Below, piece after piece: positions 8,490 to 18,084 of a DNA stretch of 26,617 nt; the first letter of the stretch is position 1; every line of letters starts with the position of its first letter. A model generated the notes under the pieces. It was given only the letters and a program-made list of their open reading frames with translations, did no database searches and was not told the origin of the DNA. The translations under genes were made by a program, and so were the position numbers. The DNA is from Pirellulales bacterium (GTDB taxonomy: Bacteria; Planctomycetota; Planctomycetia; Pirellulales; JADZDJ01), in assembly GCA_020851115.1 (NCBI GenBank), contig JADZDJ010000297.1, forward strand, positions 1 through 26,617. Reading direction: 5' to 3'.

Positions 8490-8999
8490 CTACTCCAATC
8501 CTTTAAGCATATCGCTGCGATGGTCGATCGCTTGCTCAACGGCCGCAAGTTGTTCATTCCATTTTGCGACCTGCGGTGCGATTTCAGCCGTCGCAGTTGT
8601 CATCTGATCGAGGTTGTCGCCCAGTGCATCGACAGCGTCCATCATTTTCACATCATATTCATAGACGCGTTCCAACCGTCCTTCGTCCACTTGCACGAGG
8701 TCAAAAAATCCACTGTAGCCCGCCATTGCCCCGCGGAGTCGGCTAATCGACTTGTCAAGCCGTCCCTTGAATCGATCGACTTGCCCGACCGCATCCAGTT
8801 TGCCGGCATCGACGAGCGCGCGACTGTAGGCATCGAGTGCCCGCTTCGACCGCTGAAGTCGGTCGGCCAACCAACTGCGCTGCAGGGCGTCGCTGTCGCG
8901 GCGATATTCCTTTTCCAAGTACCCCTTAAAACCTGGAATTCGGCGAAGGATGCTTTCAATCCACCCCCGATTTTTTGCATGCTCGCGTGGTTCCGGCAT
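8490..8999 (-). CDS. Hypothetical protein (169 aa, predicted all-alpha, coiled-coil-like)
   Basis: ATG 8999 with GAGGT SD at -7. Charged helical sequence. No family recognised. Immediately upstream of the SPFH-YbjN gene on the same strand (112-nt spacer). Confidence 0.6.
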   Translation of the reverse strand: MPEPREHAKNRGWIESILRRIPGFKGYLEKEYRRDSDALQRSWLADRLQRSKRALDAYSRALVDAGKLDAVGQVDRFKGRLDKSISRLRGAMAGYSGFFDLVQVDEGRLERVYEYDVKMMDAVDALGDNLDQMTTATAEIAPQVAKWNEQLAAVEQAIDHRSDMLKGLE

Positions 9000-9178
9000 A
9001 TGTTACCTCTACGGTAGTGCAGGATTCGAATTCCTTGAAGGCTTGCTCAACGCCCGGAAAGGTGTTCGTTGGCAAGACTGAATTATTGCGCATTCCGGCT
9101 TCAACATCATAGCAGTTTTCAGCCGTTCGAGGCAAATGGGACCGTGAAGATGAAATTGGGAAATAGAATCGGGTGCTG

Positions 9179-11587
9179 CTATTTTTCACTAGGAATTTCG
9201 CGACCGTGTGGATCGACTACCACCGATACCTCTGCTGCAAGTTGCTGTTGCACCTGGTGGCCGATGAAATGCTCCATGCGTTCAGCGGGTGCGTGAAGGT
9301 GATCGAGCGGCAATTCGGCCTGCTCCTCCAAATAGGCCTCCCACAGGCGGTGCGATCGAACGAGTGACCTGCCTACCTCGCGCCCCGCATCGGTCAGTTG
9401 CCAGCGTCCATCGGTTGCGAGTTGAATCTCTCCGCGGCGGCGCAAATACGGTACGGCAAGCAGGTGGGCCAAGCCGGTAACTGCGCTGCGATTTTTGATC
9501 GCTGTATTGGCCAACGATTCGCCGCGTGCGAGCAACTCTTCGGTTCGATAGAGCGCTGCAACCATATCTTCGCTTGTAATCCGCAGCGATAGCAAGAAAT
9601 TTCGCCACCACTTGCTCACCAGCCCATGCTGGGGTGCGATGAACACGGCCAGCAAGAATTGCAGCCCCACCGCGACGGCCATCATGGCAGCGACGTTCGT
9701 ATTGAACACTTGCGCCCCGATGTCCCCAAGAATAGCCGATACAATAGCTACCGCAACCGCGCAGCCGATCATCGGGCCCAAACGATCGGCCAGTAACTGC
9801 GCGGTCGCCGCCGGAACAATGAGCATTGCGACGACTAAAATCGAGCCAATTGCTTCAAATGCCGTCACCGTCACTCCTGCGACGACGGCCATCAGCAAGT
9901 AATGGATCACCGCAGCGTGTATCCCCATTGCGGTTGATAAACCAGCATCAAACGAGGCGATTTTCAGTTCCTTCCAAAGTATGCCGATGAACAAAATCAC
10001 TGATGCGCACATCCCCAACATCGTTGGCAGTGTGCGCGGCACTTCGTACGATCCGATGTTGATGACATCCACCGCGACGGTATCGAGCATTCCGTAAAGC
10101 ACGCACTGGGCGTCCAAATCGGTCCCCGCTGCATAGCGCGAAATCAGGATCACGCCGATCGAAAATAACGTCGTGTAGACAATGCCCATGCTCGAATCTT
10201 CCGGTACGCGGCCGAGATCCTTGAGTGCGTGTGTTAGAAATGCGGTCATGAAGCCAAACACCATCGCGCCGGCCAGAATTGGCCAGCCCGTGATCTGTCC
10301 TGTCAACATGAAGCCCAATACAATACCGGGCAGCACTGCATGGCTAATTGCATCCCCCAGTAAACTCATGCGCCGCAATACCAGATAGCAGCCGAGAATC
10401 GCGCATGGGATGTTGACGAGGCAGCCGATCAAGATGGTCCAACCGGCTAGCGGCCGATCGGTGGGTGGCACCAACCGCCACCAAGCAGCAAACAAAAGCA
10501 CGGCGCCAATAGCAACTCCGCCAAACTGAATGGCAAGATACAGCCATGATTTCTGCAAAGTTGTTGGCATTGGCCGTCGCCATTGGAAATCGTCGGGATG
10601 ATCTGAAATTGCATTGCCGAATCCCAGTTTCAACTTCATCGGGCCGCCAATGTCTTCCAGTGGCAATGCAAGCGACAATGTGGTCTCTGCTCCTTCAGTT
10701 GCTCGATAACCACCAGCCGCCAATAGACGGCGAAATTGCAACTGTCGAATGCCACGGGCCAACGCGCCGCGCCGCGGGGCGAAAAGCATCGAGATCAGAA
10801 AAATCATTGCGCCGGCGACAACGATAATTGGCCCCGTCGGGATGCCGGCCATTTGCACGCTGATTGCCGTACCAAACAATCCCATCGTACTTCCAAAAAT
10901 CGCCGACAAGACCAACATAATGTCCAGCCGATCGGTCCAGAACCTTGCGGCGGCTGCCGGTAAGATGAGCAGTGCCGCCATCAAGATTGCACCAACCGCC
11001 GGCAATCCAATCACCACGGCGACCGCCATTAGCGACATCAATAGCAGATCGAGCCGCCACACCGGCCAGCCTTGGGCCTTCGCAAAGCCCGCGTCGAAGG
11101 CCATCAGTTTGAATTCTTTGTAGAGCAGCAGAATCAATATCGCGCAGACGGCTGCCATTGCGGCAATTAAATAGACGTCGCTCGCAATCATGCCGGCTGT
11201 CTTGCCGAAAATATAGGAATCGAGGCCAGCTTTGCTGCCGCCGATCGACGACTTTTGGATATAGCCGCTCAATGCAATGCCGCCACCAAAAAAGACGCCA
11301 AGTACGATCCCGATCGCGGCGTCTTCTTTGATGCGAGTCCAACGCCGCAAGGCGGAAATCACCGCCACCCCCAGCACACCCGTGCAGAGCGCTCCGACCA
11401 GCATTGCCGGCAAACTACGCTCACCGAGTACGAGAAAAGCCAAGCACAAACCCGGCAAGGTGGCGTGCGAAAGCGCGTCGCCGGTCAGAGCGCGGCGGCG
11501 CAACACAGCAAAACTACCGACTACTCCAGCTCCGGCGCCGAGCAGCGCAGAACCAGCCAGCACGACCATCGAGTTATATGCGATCAT
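9179..11587 (-). CDS. Metal ABC importer permease: tandem fusion of two MntB/ZnuB/TroC-TroD-type permease domains plus a C-terminal DtxR/MntR-family metalloregulator domain (Chlamydia YtgCR / Treponema TroCD-TroR-like)
   Basis: 802 aa. Permease 1 is about aa 1-290 (...[13 protein letters not shown]...). A cytoplasmic linker follows. Permease 2 is about aa 355-650 (...[13 protein letters not shown]...). The C-terminal ~145 aa is DtxR-like: [17 protein letters not shown]...[11 protein letters not shown]...[17 protein letters not shown]...[11 protein letters not shown] 11585-11587 overlaps the ATPase stop TGA (ATGA coupling). Confidence 0.85.
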   Translation of the reverse strand: MIAYNSMVVLAGSALLGAGAGVVGSFAVLRRRALTGDALSHATLPGLCLAFLVLGERSLPAMLVGALCTGVLGVAVISALRRWTRIKEDAAIGIVLGVFFGGGIALSGYIQKSSIGGSKAGLDSYIFGKTAGMIASDVYLIAAMAAVCAILILLLYKEFKLMAFDAGFAKAQGWPVWRLDLLLMSLMAVAVVIGLPAVGAILMAALLILPAAAARFWTDRLDIMLVLSAIFGSTMGLFGTAISVQMAGIPTGPIIVVAGAMIFLISMLFAPRRGALARGIRQLQFRRLLAAGGYRATEGAETTLSLALPLEDIGGPMKLKLGFGNAISDHPDDFQWRRPMPTTLQKSWLYLAIQFGGVAIGAVLLFAAWWRLVPPTDRPLAGWTILIGCLVNIPCAILGCYLVLRRMSLLGDAISHAVLPGIVLGFMLTGQITGWPILAGAMVFGFMTAFLTHALKDLGRVPEDSSMGIVYTTLFSIGVILISRYAAGTDLDAQCVLYGMLDTVAVDVINIGSYEVPRTLPTMLGMCASVILFIGILWKELKIASFDAGLSTAMGIHAAVIHYLLMAVVAGVTVTAFEAIGSILVVAMLIVPAATAQLLADRLGPMIGCAVAVAIVSAILGDIGAQVFNTNVAAMMAVAVGLQFLLAVFIAPQHGLVSKWWRNFLLSLRITSEDMVAALYRTEELLARGESLANTAIKNRSAVTGLAHLLAVPYLRRRGEIQLATDGRWQLTDAGREVGRSLVRSHRLWEAYLEEQAELPLDHLHAPAERMEHFIGHQVQQQLAAEVSVVVDPHGREIPSEK

Positions 11588-12345
11588 GGCGTGCGTGCGC
11601 CGGCTTGATAGGCTTGGCCGACGCTCTCCAGAACGTCGAGCCGGCCACCGTAGGTCTTCTGCAAGTTGACACTCGTGAATGTCTTCTCCGTCGGGCCGCT
11701 GGCAACCAGTCGCATATTTATCAACACCACATGGTCGAAATACTGGGGAACGGTGCGTAAATCGTGATGGACGACAATGACCGTCTTGCCGTGCTTACGC
11801 AGCTCGTTGAGCAAGCCAAACACGACGTGCTCAGTCGCCGCATCAACGCCCGCCATCGGTTCATCCATAAAATACATGTCTGGCTTTTGCGCTAACGCTC
11901 GGGCCAAGAAAGTTCGCTGCTGCTGTCCGCCCGAAAGCTGGCCGATTTGCTGCTGAGCGAAATCGGCCAGACCAACTTTGGCGAGACATTCGTGAGCGAA
12001 CTGGCGCTCGATATGCCCCGGTCTACGAAACCATCCAAGCCGGCCATAGCTGCCCATCAGTACGACATCCAGGACAGTGACAGGAAAATCCCAATCCACG
12101 CTTTCGCGCTGCGGCACGTAGCCAATTCGCTTCCGTACCTTGCCAATCGGTTGATCAAAGACGCGGACGGAGCCACTTGCCAACGGCACTAGTCCCAACA
12201 CTGCTTTGATGAGCGTGCTTTTGCCCGCCCCGTTCGGACCGATGATGCCAACCAGATGTGGCTCATTCAGCACTAAATCGATGTCCCACAGCACCGGTTT
12301 GCGATGATAGGCGACCGTCAGATCGTGAACATCGAGTAAAGGCAT
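11584..12345 (-). CDS. Metal ABC transporter ATP-binding protein (MntA/ZnuC/TroB family)
   Basis: Walker [10 protein letters not shown], signature LSGGQQQR, Walker B MYFMDEP, H-loop VVHHDL. 253 aa. Confidence 0.9.
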   Translation of the reverse strand: MPLLDVHDLTVAYHRKPVLWDIDLVLNEPHLVGIIGPNGAGKSTLIKAVLGLVPLASGSVRVFDQPIGKVRKRIGYVPQRESVDWDFPVTVLDVVLMGSYGRLGWFRRPGHIERQFAHECLAKVGLADFAQQQIGQLSGGQQQRTFLARALAQKPDMYFMDEPMAGVDAATEHVVFGLLNELRKHGKTVIVVHHDLRTVPQYFDHVVLINMRLVASGPTEKTFTSVNLQKTYGGRLDVLESVGQAYQAGARTP

Positions 12346-12361
12346 GGCCGGGAATGATCGC

Positions 12362-12438
12362 TTGGTGGTCTTGTTGTCGTACCGGGTGGTATTCTTGACG
12401 CATCTTTCCTACCAAACACCAGACGTCCAGACCACCAG
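12362..12438 (-). other. Intercistronic long-range inverted repeat / stem-loop between the SBP and ATPase genes
   Basis: TTGGTGGTCTTG (12362-12373) against CCAGACCACCAG (12427-12438). A 9-bp perfect core TGGTGGTCT/AGACCACCA and 10/12 overall, with a ~53-nt loop. Lies in the 105-nt SBP-ATPase spacer, immediately 3' of the SBP stop in mRNA sense. Confidence 0.3.
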
Positions 12439-12450
12439 TTACTGTTTTAT

Positions 12451-13446
12451 TTACTCCAGTGCTTTCACAATCGTTTCCACGTTGTGTCGAACCATGCCTG
12501 GATAAGTTCCATCCGGCGTGCCTGGCTTTCCCATTGCGTCAGAAAACAATTCGCCGCCAATTTTCACTTCGTGCCCGCGAGCCTGACAGCCTTCGACCAG
12601 CGCTTTGATATTGCGGTCTGAGACACTGGTTTCGATAAAAACGGCTTTGATCTTGCGGTTGACCAGCAAATCGACCAGCGAATTGATCTCCTTCACTCCC
12701 GCTTCGCTGTCGGTGCTGATGCCTTGAATGCCACGGACTTCGACATCGTACGCGCGTCCGAAATATCGAAACGCGTCGTGGGCCGTCACCAATACACGTC
12801 GATCGGCGGGAACTGTCGCCAGCCGCTGTCTTGCTTCTTCGTGTAAGCCTTCGAGTTCTTTGGCATAGGCCGCTGCTCGGCGTTCATATTCCACAGCATA
12901 TTTCGGATCGAATTTCGCCAGCGCATCCCGCACGACATCCAAGCACTGCTTCCACAGCGACACATCAAACCAAGTGTGAGGATCGTGAGCTCCTTCATTG
13001 GTTTCGAGAACTTGCGCTTCGTCGATTCCTTCTGTCACTGCAAACGTCGGCTTTCGTCGCGCCATCCGTACAAATAGGTCTGCCATTTTTCCTTCCAGGT
13101 GCAAGCCCGAGTAGAAAATGATGTCGGCATGACCAAGCGCGCTCATATCTCCTGGCGAGGCTTTGTAAAGATGCGGATCGACCCCCTCGCCCATCAATTG
13201 CGTGACGGCTATTCGATTACCACCCACCTGTTTCACAAGGTCGGCGACCATTCCTGTAGTGCATACTGCGCGGATAGGATAGTTGCCGCGGAATGCGCCA
13301 TGATGATAATCGCCTGACTTCTCAAACTCTGAAGCGCCGGCAGTATCGCCGATGGCATCGATTCTCCCGCAACCAATCAACGGTAGAAGCAAAAACAGTC
13401 CTGCGATTTGCCAATTTCTAGGCCGGCGATTTATCGCTGCAATCAT
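12451..13446 (-). CDS. Metal ABC transporter substrate-binding lipoprotein, cluster A-I TroA/ZnuA/MntC-like
   Basis: ORF extends to ATG 13485. ATG 13446 gives a canonical lipoprotein signal MIAAINRRPRNWQIAGLFLLLPLIGC (lipobox LIGC). Metal-site motifs DPHLY, DPHTWFD, HDAFRYF, SVSDR. No His-rich loop. The third ligand position is His, as in TroA/ZnuA rather than PsaA (by recall). Confidence 0.85.
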   Translation of the reverse strand: MIAAINRRPRNWQIAGLFLLLPLIGCGRIDAIGDTAGASEFEKSGDYHHGAFRGNYPIRAVCTTGMVADLVKQVGGNRIAVTQLMGEGVDPHLYKASPGDMSALGHADIIFYSGLHLEGKMADLFVRMARRKPTFAVTEGIDEAQVLETNEGAHDPHTWFDVSLWKQCLDVVRDALAKFDPKYAVEYERRAAAYAKELEGLHEEARQRLATVPADRRVLVTAHDAFRYFGRAYDVEVRGIQGISTDSEAGVKEINSLVDLLVNRKIKAVFIETSVSDRNIKALVEGCQARGHEVKIGGELFSDAMGKPGTPDGTYPGMVRHNVETIVKALE

Positions 13447-13499
13447 TCGAACCGCTACCAGTTCTTGAGCCACGAAAATAAACATTTTGATACACCAAA

Positions 13500-13528
13500 A
13501 TTATCGGCGGTTTTGGTGGTATAGTCAA
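13500..13528 (-). promoter_or_regulatory. Near-consensus sigma70 promoter for the metal-uptake operon: TTGACT-17-GATAAT
   Basis: Minus-sense TTGACT (13528-13523), a 17-nt spacer, GATAAT (13505-13500). About 45 nt upstream of ATG 13446. Overlapped by CCAAAA/TTTTGG inverted repeats (see findings). Confidence 0.45.
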
Positions 13529-14073
13529 GATTACTTTTGGCGGCGAAATCAATTGGCCTATTTCGCGTTTACCCGCTCATAATTCCAGGCCGATCCGTTT
13601 GTCGATGCTGCCCCGAAAGCCACGTCCAGAAACTCTACAGAGTTTTAACCCAAAATAGAGAGTTGCGACGTTTGCGAAAGGCCTGAGGTACAGGTTAGGA
13701 GTGGTGGTTTCACTACAAATGGAGATTGTCGAGCCGGCGGAGCCGGCGCGGGAGTGAGGCCGCGACGCTGTAATAGCACTGCCTATGTTCGGTCGGCTCC
13801 ATCACGTATCGCAACGTGATCTGCCGCTCCGTGTCGAGGGCCGCGGAGCCCGCTCGTAAGCCATCCTCGAACTCTCTAACTTGGGTTAGTCCAGTGCCTG
13901 AACCGACGGCAGGGATGTGGGCGCTCTACGTGCTTGCTGCTATCACACTCCTGCGCCGCCGAGTGTCGAATCACTGAATCCTCCGGCAATTGCTTGGTAA
14001 TTTCTGCTGTTTCCAGTCAGATTCTGGTTGCGACCTTGAGGCTGCTGTGAGGCGACTTCGTGAGAACGGTCGG

Positions 14074-15999
14074 CTAGGCGTCGTAGGGCATCAAGATTTC
14101 ATCGGGGTGCAATCCCGCGATTGACTTAAATCCGCCCTCGGCAATCGTTTCTCCCAGCTTTGTCGCCCTGCGGAAATCACGGTCGCTCGGTGCGCGACCG
14201 GTGAGCTTGCGCGTAAGATCCGTGCAAAGCACGTCGGCAGCCGCTTGAACGACCTCATCGGATTGCCGGGTCGCATACAATGACGTGCAAAGAATTGTCA
14301 CGGCATCTTGCAATTGTTGCGAGAGATAGGCCATGCGGCACTGTCGATCGGCCAGCGCCAATTGATGTTTGCGCATCACGCCGTCAATTCGCAGCGGCGA
14401 GTCTTGCAGCCACTGCGCGGCAAACGTGGCGTGGGCCGCGAGCGTCGCAGGCATTTCCGCTGGGAGTTGTGGCTTCGGCTTCGAGTTGAACTTTTGGCCA
14501 AGCATCCATTTCAGGTAAGGGAACATTACTCCGCGGAGCGTCCAAGTATGGCCCGGATTGATCGGGTTTAGTTTCTTGATTCCTGCCGCTGCCAGCGCTT
14601 TGCCGATTGGTTCAAAAAATCTCATGCCATGTTGTTTCACCAATGACTTGAAAAACGCCATGCCGAGCATTTCCCCTTCGCCTTCGTAGATGCAAGGGGC
14701 GAGGTATTCATGTACGTTGTCGCCAAACATGTGGCCGTGTAGGAACGACCTCCCGCCATGCGTTTTCATGAACAGTTCGACGGCGGCTTCTTTTTGAGCC
14801 TCGCTGCCGAAGATTTTGGCGACAATGCACTCCATCTCGCCGCGATAGCCCTGATCCAATAGCCCCGCACACCATTGCACCAGCGCATCGCAGGCGACCA
14901 CCAGGCCAGCGAGCCGCCCCAGCCGCCGACGGACTAATTCTCGCTTCGCAATTGTTTCGCCATACGTGCGGCGAAACATTGCCCAGGGAATAATGCTCGC
15001 CATCATGAGCCGCATGGTGCCTGCGGCATTCGCACACAGCGCGACGCGTCCCAGATTCAAGCCGTGATAGGCGATGGTTAACCCGTCGCCCCGCGACGGC
15101 GTCAGCAAATTCTCGGCGGGTACGTGGAAGTCGCGAAACACGATGCCTTGGTTATCGGTGTGTTTCAGAGCATATAACCCGTACTTTTTCAGTTGAAACT
15201 GATCGTTTTCCCGATTCGGCAAATCGACAATGAGCACCGCCGGTCGCTTGTCGATCAAGCACACCAAGCCGATTGTTCGGCCGGGAACAACGTTGGTGAT
15301 AAACAGCTTTTCACCATTCACAACAAATTCGTTGCCAACCTGTCTCGCTTCCGTTCGCAAGGCAGTCAGGTCGGAACCCGCGCAGGGTTCAGTAAGGGCG
15401 AAGGCCGACAATCGTTGGCCACTGGCGAGCATCGGCAAGAATCGTCGCTTTTGCTCGGAAGTGCCAAACGTTCGCACGGGATCGACGGCCCCGATGCAAC
15501 CGTGGACTGAAGCGAGACCCGCGACTGTCGGATCGATCATCGCCATCTGAGTCAGAAATGGCGCGAATGCTGAAAATGGCGCTCCGCTGCCGCCGTAATC
15601 GCGATCGACAAGCAATCCCCAATAGCCGGCGCTCGCCAAATCGTTAAGCACGGCATCGGAGACTTTCCTTTGATCGGTCTGCATCGTCCCAGCCGCACGA
15701 TGACGGCGAACCACCTCGAGTGAATTCTCCATCACGCGTAGCACGTCGGTTGCCGTTGTTCCTGGCGCACTGCCGAACAATTCCGTCGGCAGGCCGCGCT
15801 GCCAAACGGCTCGATGCACAGGACTGTTTGCCGTTTGGAATCGCGCCGCAAAAAGCGCCTCAACTTGATCGTCGGCTTGATCGACCGCTCCCATGCGGCG
15901 AGCTTCTTCTTCACTCTTGCCGCCGAGCTTCATCGCGGTTTCAGCGAACGACGTTTCCGGCGACTCGTGAACGGTGGTGGATCGAGAATGATCGGTCAT
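14074..15999 (-). CDS. fadE: Acyl-CoA dehydrogenase (large ~640-aa form, FadE-like)
   Basis: ACAD-type core (...YGGSGAPF..., [25 protein letters not shown]). Long C-terminal extension. The ORF starts with GTG at 16038. The first ATG (15999) gives MTDHSRSTT.... Confidence 0.85.
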   Translation of the reverse strand: MTDHSRSTTVHESPETSFAETAMKLGGKSEEEARRMGAVDQADDQVEALFAARFQTANSPVHRAVWQRGLPTELFGSAPGTTATDVLRVMENSLEVVRRHRAAGTMQTDQRKVSDAVLNDLASAGYWGLLVDRDYGGSGAPFSAFAPFLTQMAMIDPTVAGLASVHGCIGAVDPVRTFGTSEQKRRFLPMLASGQRLSAFALTEPCAGSDLTALRTEARQVGNEFVVNGEKLFITNVVPGRTIGLVCLIDKRPAVLIVDLPNRENDQFQLKKYGLYALKHTDNQGIVFRDFHVPAENLLTPSRGDGLTIAYHGLNLGRVALCANAAGTMRLMMASIIPWAMFRRTYGETIAKRELVRRRLGRLAGLVVACDALVQWCAGLLDQGYRGEMECIVAKIFGSEAQKEAAVELFMKTHGGRSFLHGHMFGDNVHEYLAPCIYEGEGEMLGMAFFKSLVKQHGMRFFEPIGKALAAAGIKKLNPINPGHTWTLRGVMFPYLKWMLGQKFNSKPKPQLPAEMPATLAAHATFAAQWLQDSPLRIDGVMRKHQLALADRQCRMAYLSQQLQDAVTILCTSLYATRQSDEVVQAAADVLCTDLTRKLTGRAPSDRDFRRATKLGETIAEGGFKSIAGLHPDEILMPYDA

Positions 16000-16252
16000 T
16001 GCATTGCTGTTGAAAGAGAACGTAAACGGCCGAGGCACTGACGCTCATAAAGGCGAGTTAATGGCCGTTCAACTTGTGATGTCGAGGAAACACGGGTGAA
16101 CACGGTGAGGGCGTAAGCCCGCAACCAGAACCAGAGGAGGCACCAGAGATTGCATAGGTTTTCCAGTGGTGAATCTCCGTTGTGGCCTCTGCATTTCTGC
16201 CATTCAAAAATGTTGTCAAATTAACAAAGTATTTCGGATTTATAATACAAAT

Positions 16253-16274
16253 CCATGCAGAGACCGTTGCATGG
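16253..16274 (-). terminator. Candidate intrinsic terminator downstream of the fadD-like gene
   Basis: In minus sense, CCATGCA-8 nt-TGCATGG (7-bp stem) followed by AUUUGUAUUAUAAAU. Located in the AT-rich 320-nt spacer between fadD stop 16360 and the fadE start. Confidence 0.3.
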
Positions 16275-16359
16275 CAGGCGGTAAGGTAATGTGAAACTCG
16301 TCTGTTGCATCCTTTTCCATCTCTATTCACCCGCCTTGACTTGCATTCCCTGGACTTTG

Positions 16360-18084
16360 CTATTTTGAATGTTCTGTTCCGCAGTTCAATGTTAGGTCGG
16401 AGTACAACGTCTCAATTTCGGCCGCAAAATGCTCATGAATCATTTTGCGACGGAGTTTCAACGTCGGCGTGAGTTCTTCTTGTTCCATCGTAAAGCCGCG
16501 TGGTAGCAGCTTGAATCGCTGGATTTGCTCGCAGTCCGATGCTTCGGCCAGGCGTGAATCGATTCGCTCCCGATAGAGTTCCAAAACCGATGGATGTGCT
16601 AGCGCCTCGGCTGGCGAGATAACCGGAAGGTGTCGTGAAATAATCTCCGCTCGCAAAGCATCTGGATTTGGCACGATCAGGGCGGTTAGATACTTACGAT
16701 TGTCGCCGATTACAATGGCTTGCGCCACCAGGGGGTCTTGCGTCAGCAGCGATTCGAGATAAACCGGCGCGATGTTCTTGCCGCCAGCGGTGACGATGAT
16801 CTCCTTCTTGCGACCGGTAATTCGCAAATATCCGTCGGCGTCGAGACTGCCCAAATCTCCAGTTTGCAACCAGCCATCGCGCATCGTCGCGGTGGTAGCA
16901 TCGGCTCGGTTCCAATAACCAAGCATCACATGTGGCCCGCGAGTGAGGATTTCGCCATCGTCCGCGATTTTTACTTCGACGCCTTTGATTGGTTGGCCGA
17001 CGGTGCCCAATTTGTGCCGGCTTGGTGTGCCGGTGGTTATCACCGGCGACGATTCCGTCAGCCCATAGCCCTGCACCAGTGGCACTCCCTCCTGCCAAAA
17101 GAACTCGGCGACATGGTTGGGCAATGCTGCGCCGCCGGAGCAACAAGCGCGTATCCTTCCTCCTAGCAACCGCTGTAAATGAGTCGGCCCGCCGGGTTCC
17201 GCAGGGCCGACCTTGCCGGCGTCGACCAGCGAGCGTTTTACCTTCTCAAAAAAGTAGGGAACTCCGTTCATCAGCGTCGGACGAAGTTGGCTGCAATGCA
17301 TGATGATTTTCTCGCGATTTTCTGCCAATCCAAGCTGTGAACCGCGAACCAGCCACGTATAAAGATCGCACGTGCGGGCAAAGATGTGAGACAGTGGCAG
17401 CCAACAAAGCCGAATGTCCTCGGCTTCGGTTTGGAATGCATCGCAACTGCCGATGGCGTTGCTCACCAGATTTCCGTGGCTGAGCATGACTCCTTTCGCT
17501 TCGCCCGTCGTACCGGAGGTATAAAGGATGGTCGCCAGGTCGGTGGCCTTGACGTTTTCGATGGCCTCTTGCTCGATACCCGCGACTCCATCTCTGGCGA
17601 CCGCCGCGAACAACTCGGTGAAGGGCAAGACATCGTCACCGGCGATCGACTGCTCGCGGGGATCGAATGAAAAGTACTTCAAACCGCGCGGCAAAGCTAC
17701 CTTCTCCGACAATAGTTTGGTCACTTGCGATTCACCGGACACGATTACGATTTTTGACCCACTGTCGGCAATTTGAAACGCGATCTGCGGCCCAGAAAGG
17801 GAGGCATGAATCGCCACATGGACTCCGCCGGCAAGATGCACGGCCAAGTCGACGACGATCCATTCATAGCGGTTTTCCGAAACTTGACAGACACGATCTC
17901 CCGGCTCAACTCCAGCGCGACGAAGGCCCGCGGCCAATCGGCGAACCTCTTGGGCCAGATCGTTCCAAGTAAGTACTTGTAACGCGGCCGGATCGCTTTT
18001 GAGCAGATGTAAGGCGACGTTGTTGCTGCTGGCCGCGACGCGACGGATAAACAGCGACGGCAGCGTGCTGGGCAGTTGGGACAT
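16360..18084 (-). CDS. fadD: Long-chain-fatty-acid--CoA ligase (AMP-binding, FadD-like)
   Basis: AMP-binding motif YTSGTTGEAKGVMLSHGNL, GYGLTESS, and motifs around GDLGSLDADGYLRITGRKKE. ATG 18082-18084 directly abuts the fadA stop (18085-18087). Confidence 0.9.
   Translation of the reverse strand: MSQLPSTLPSLFIRRVAASSNNVALHLLKSDPAALQVLTWNDLAQEVRRLAAGLRRAGVEPGDRVCQVSENRYEWIVVDLAVHLAGGVHVAIHASLSGPQIAFQIADSGSKIVIVSGESQVTKLLSEKVALPRGLKYFSFDPREQSIAGDDVLPFTELFAAVARDGVAGIEQEAIENVKATDLATILYTSGTTGEAKGVMLSHGNLVSNAIGSCDAFQTEAEDIRLCWLPLSHIFARTCDLYTWLVRGSQLGLAENREKIIMHCSQLRPTLMNGVPYFFEKVKRSLVDAGKVGPAEPGGPTHLQRLLGGRIRACCSGGAALPNHVAEFFWQEGVPLVQGYGLTESSPVITTGTPSRHKLGTVGQPIKGVEVKIADDGEILTRGPHVMLGYWNRADATTATMRDGWLQTGDLGSLDADGYLRITGRKKEIIVTAGGKNIAPVYLESLLTQDPLVAQAIVIGDNRKYLTALIVPNPDALRAEIISRHLPVISPAEALAHPSVLELYRERIDSRLAEASDCEQIQRFKLLPRGFTMEQEELTPTLKLRRKMIHEHFAAEIETLYSDLTLNCGTEHSK

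Noticed and set aside
9020-9036. T-loop-like GGATTCGAATTCC that could suggest a tRNA
   Set aside because: No acceptor stem, D-arm or anticodon stem can be built around it. It lies in the 5' UTR region of the 169-aa gene.
13720-13760. 12-codon mini-ORF (MEIVEPAEPARE) with tandem GAGCCGGCG x2
   Set aside because: No properly spaced SD and too short to evaluate. The tandem 9-mer is noted but is probably incidental GC-rich repetition.
13895-13915. CCTGAACC 8-mer resembling the CCCTGAACCCTGG motif on the opposite strand
   Set aside because: Only an 8-mer match, expected about once by chance in 2 x 26.6 kb, and not positioned relative to a start codon.
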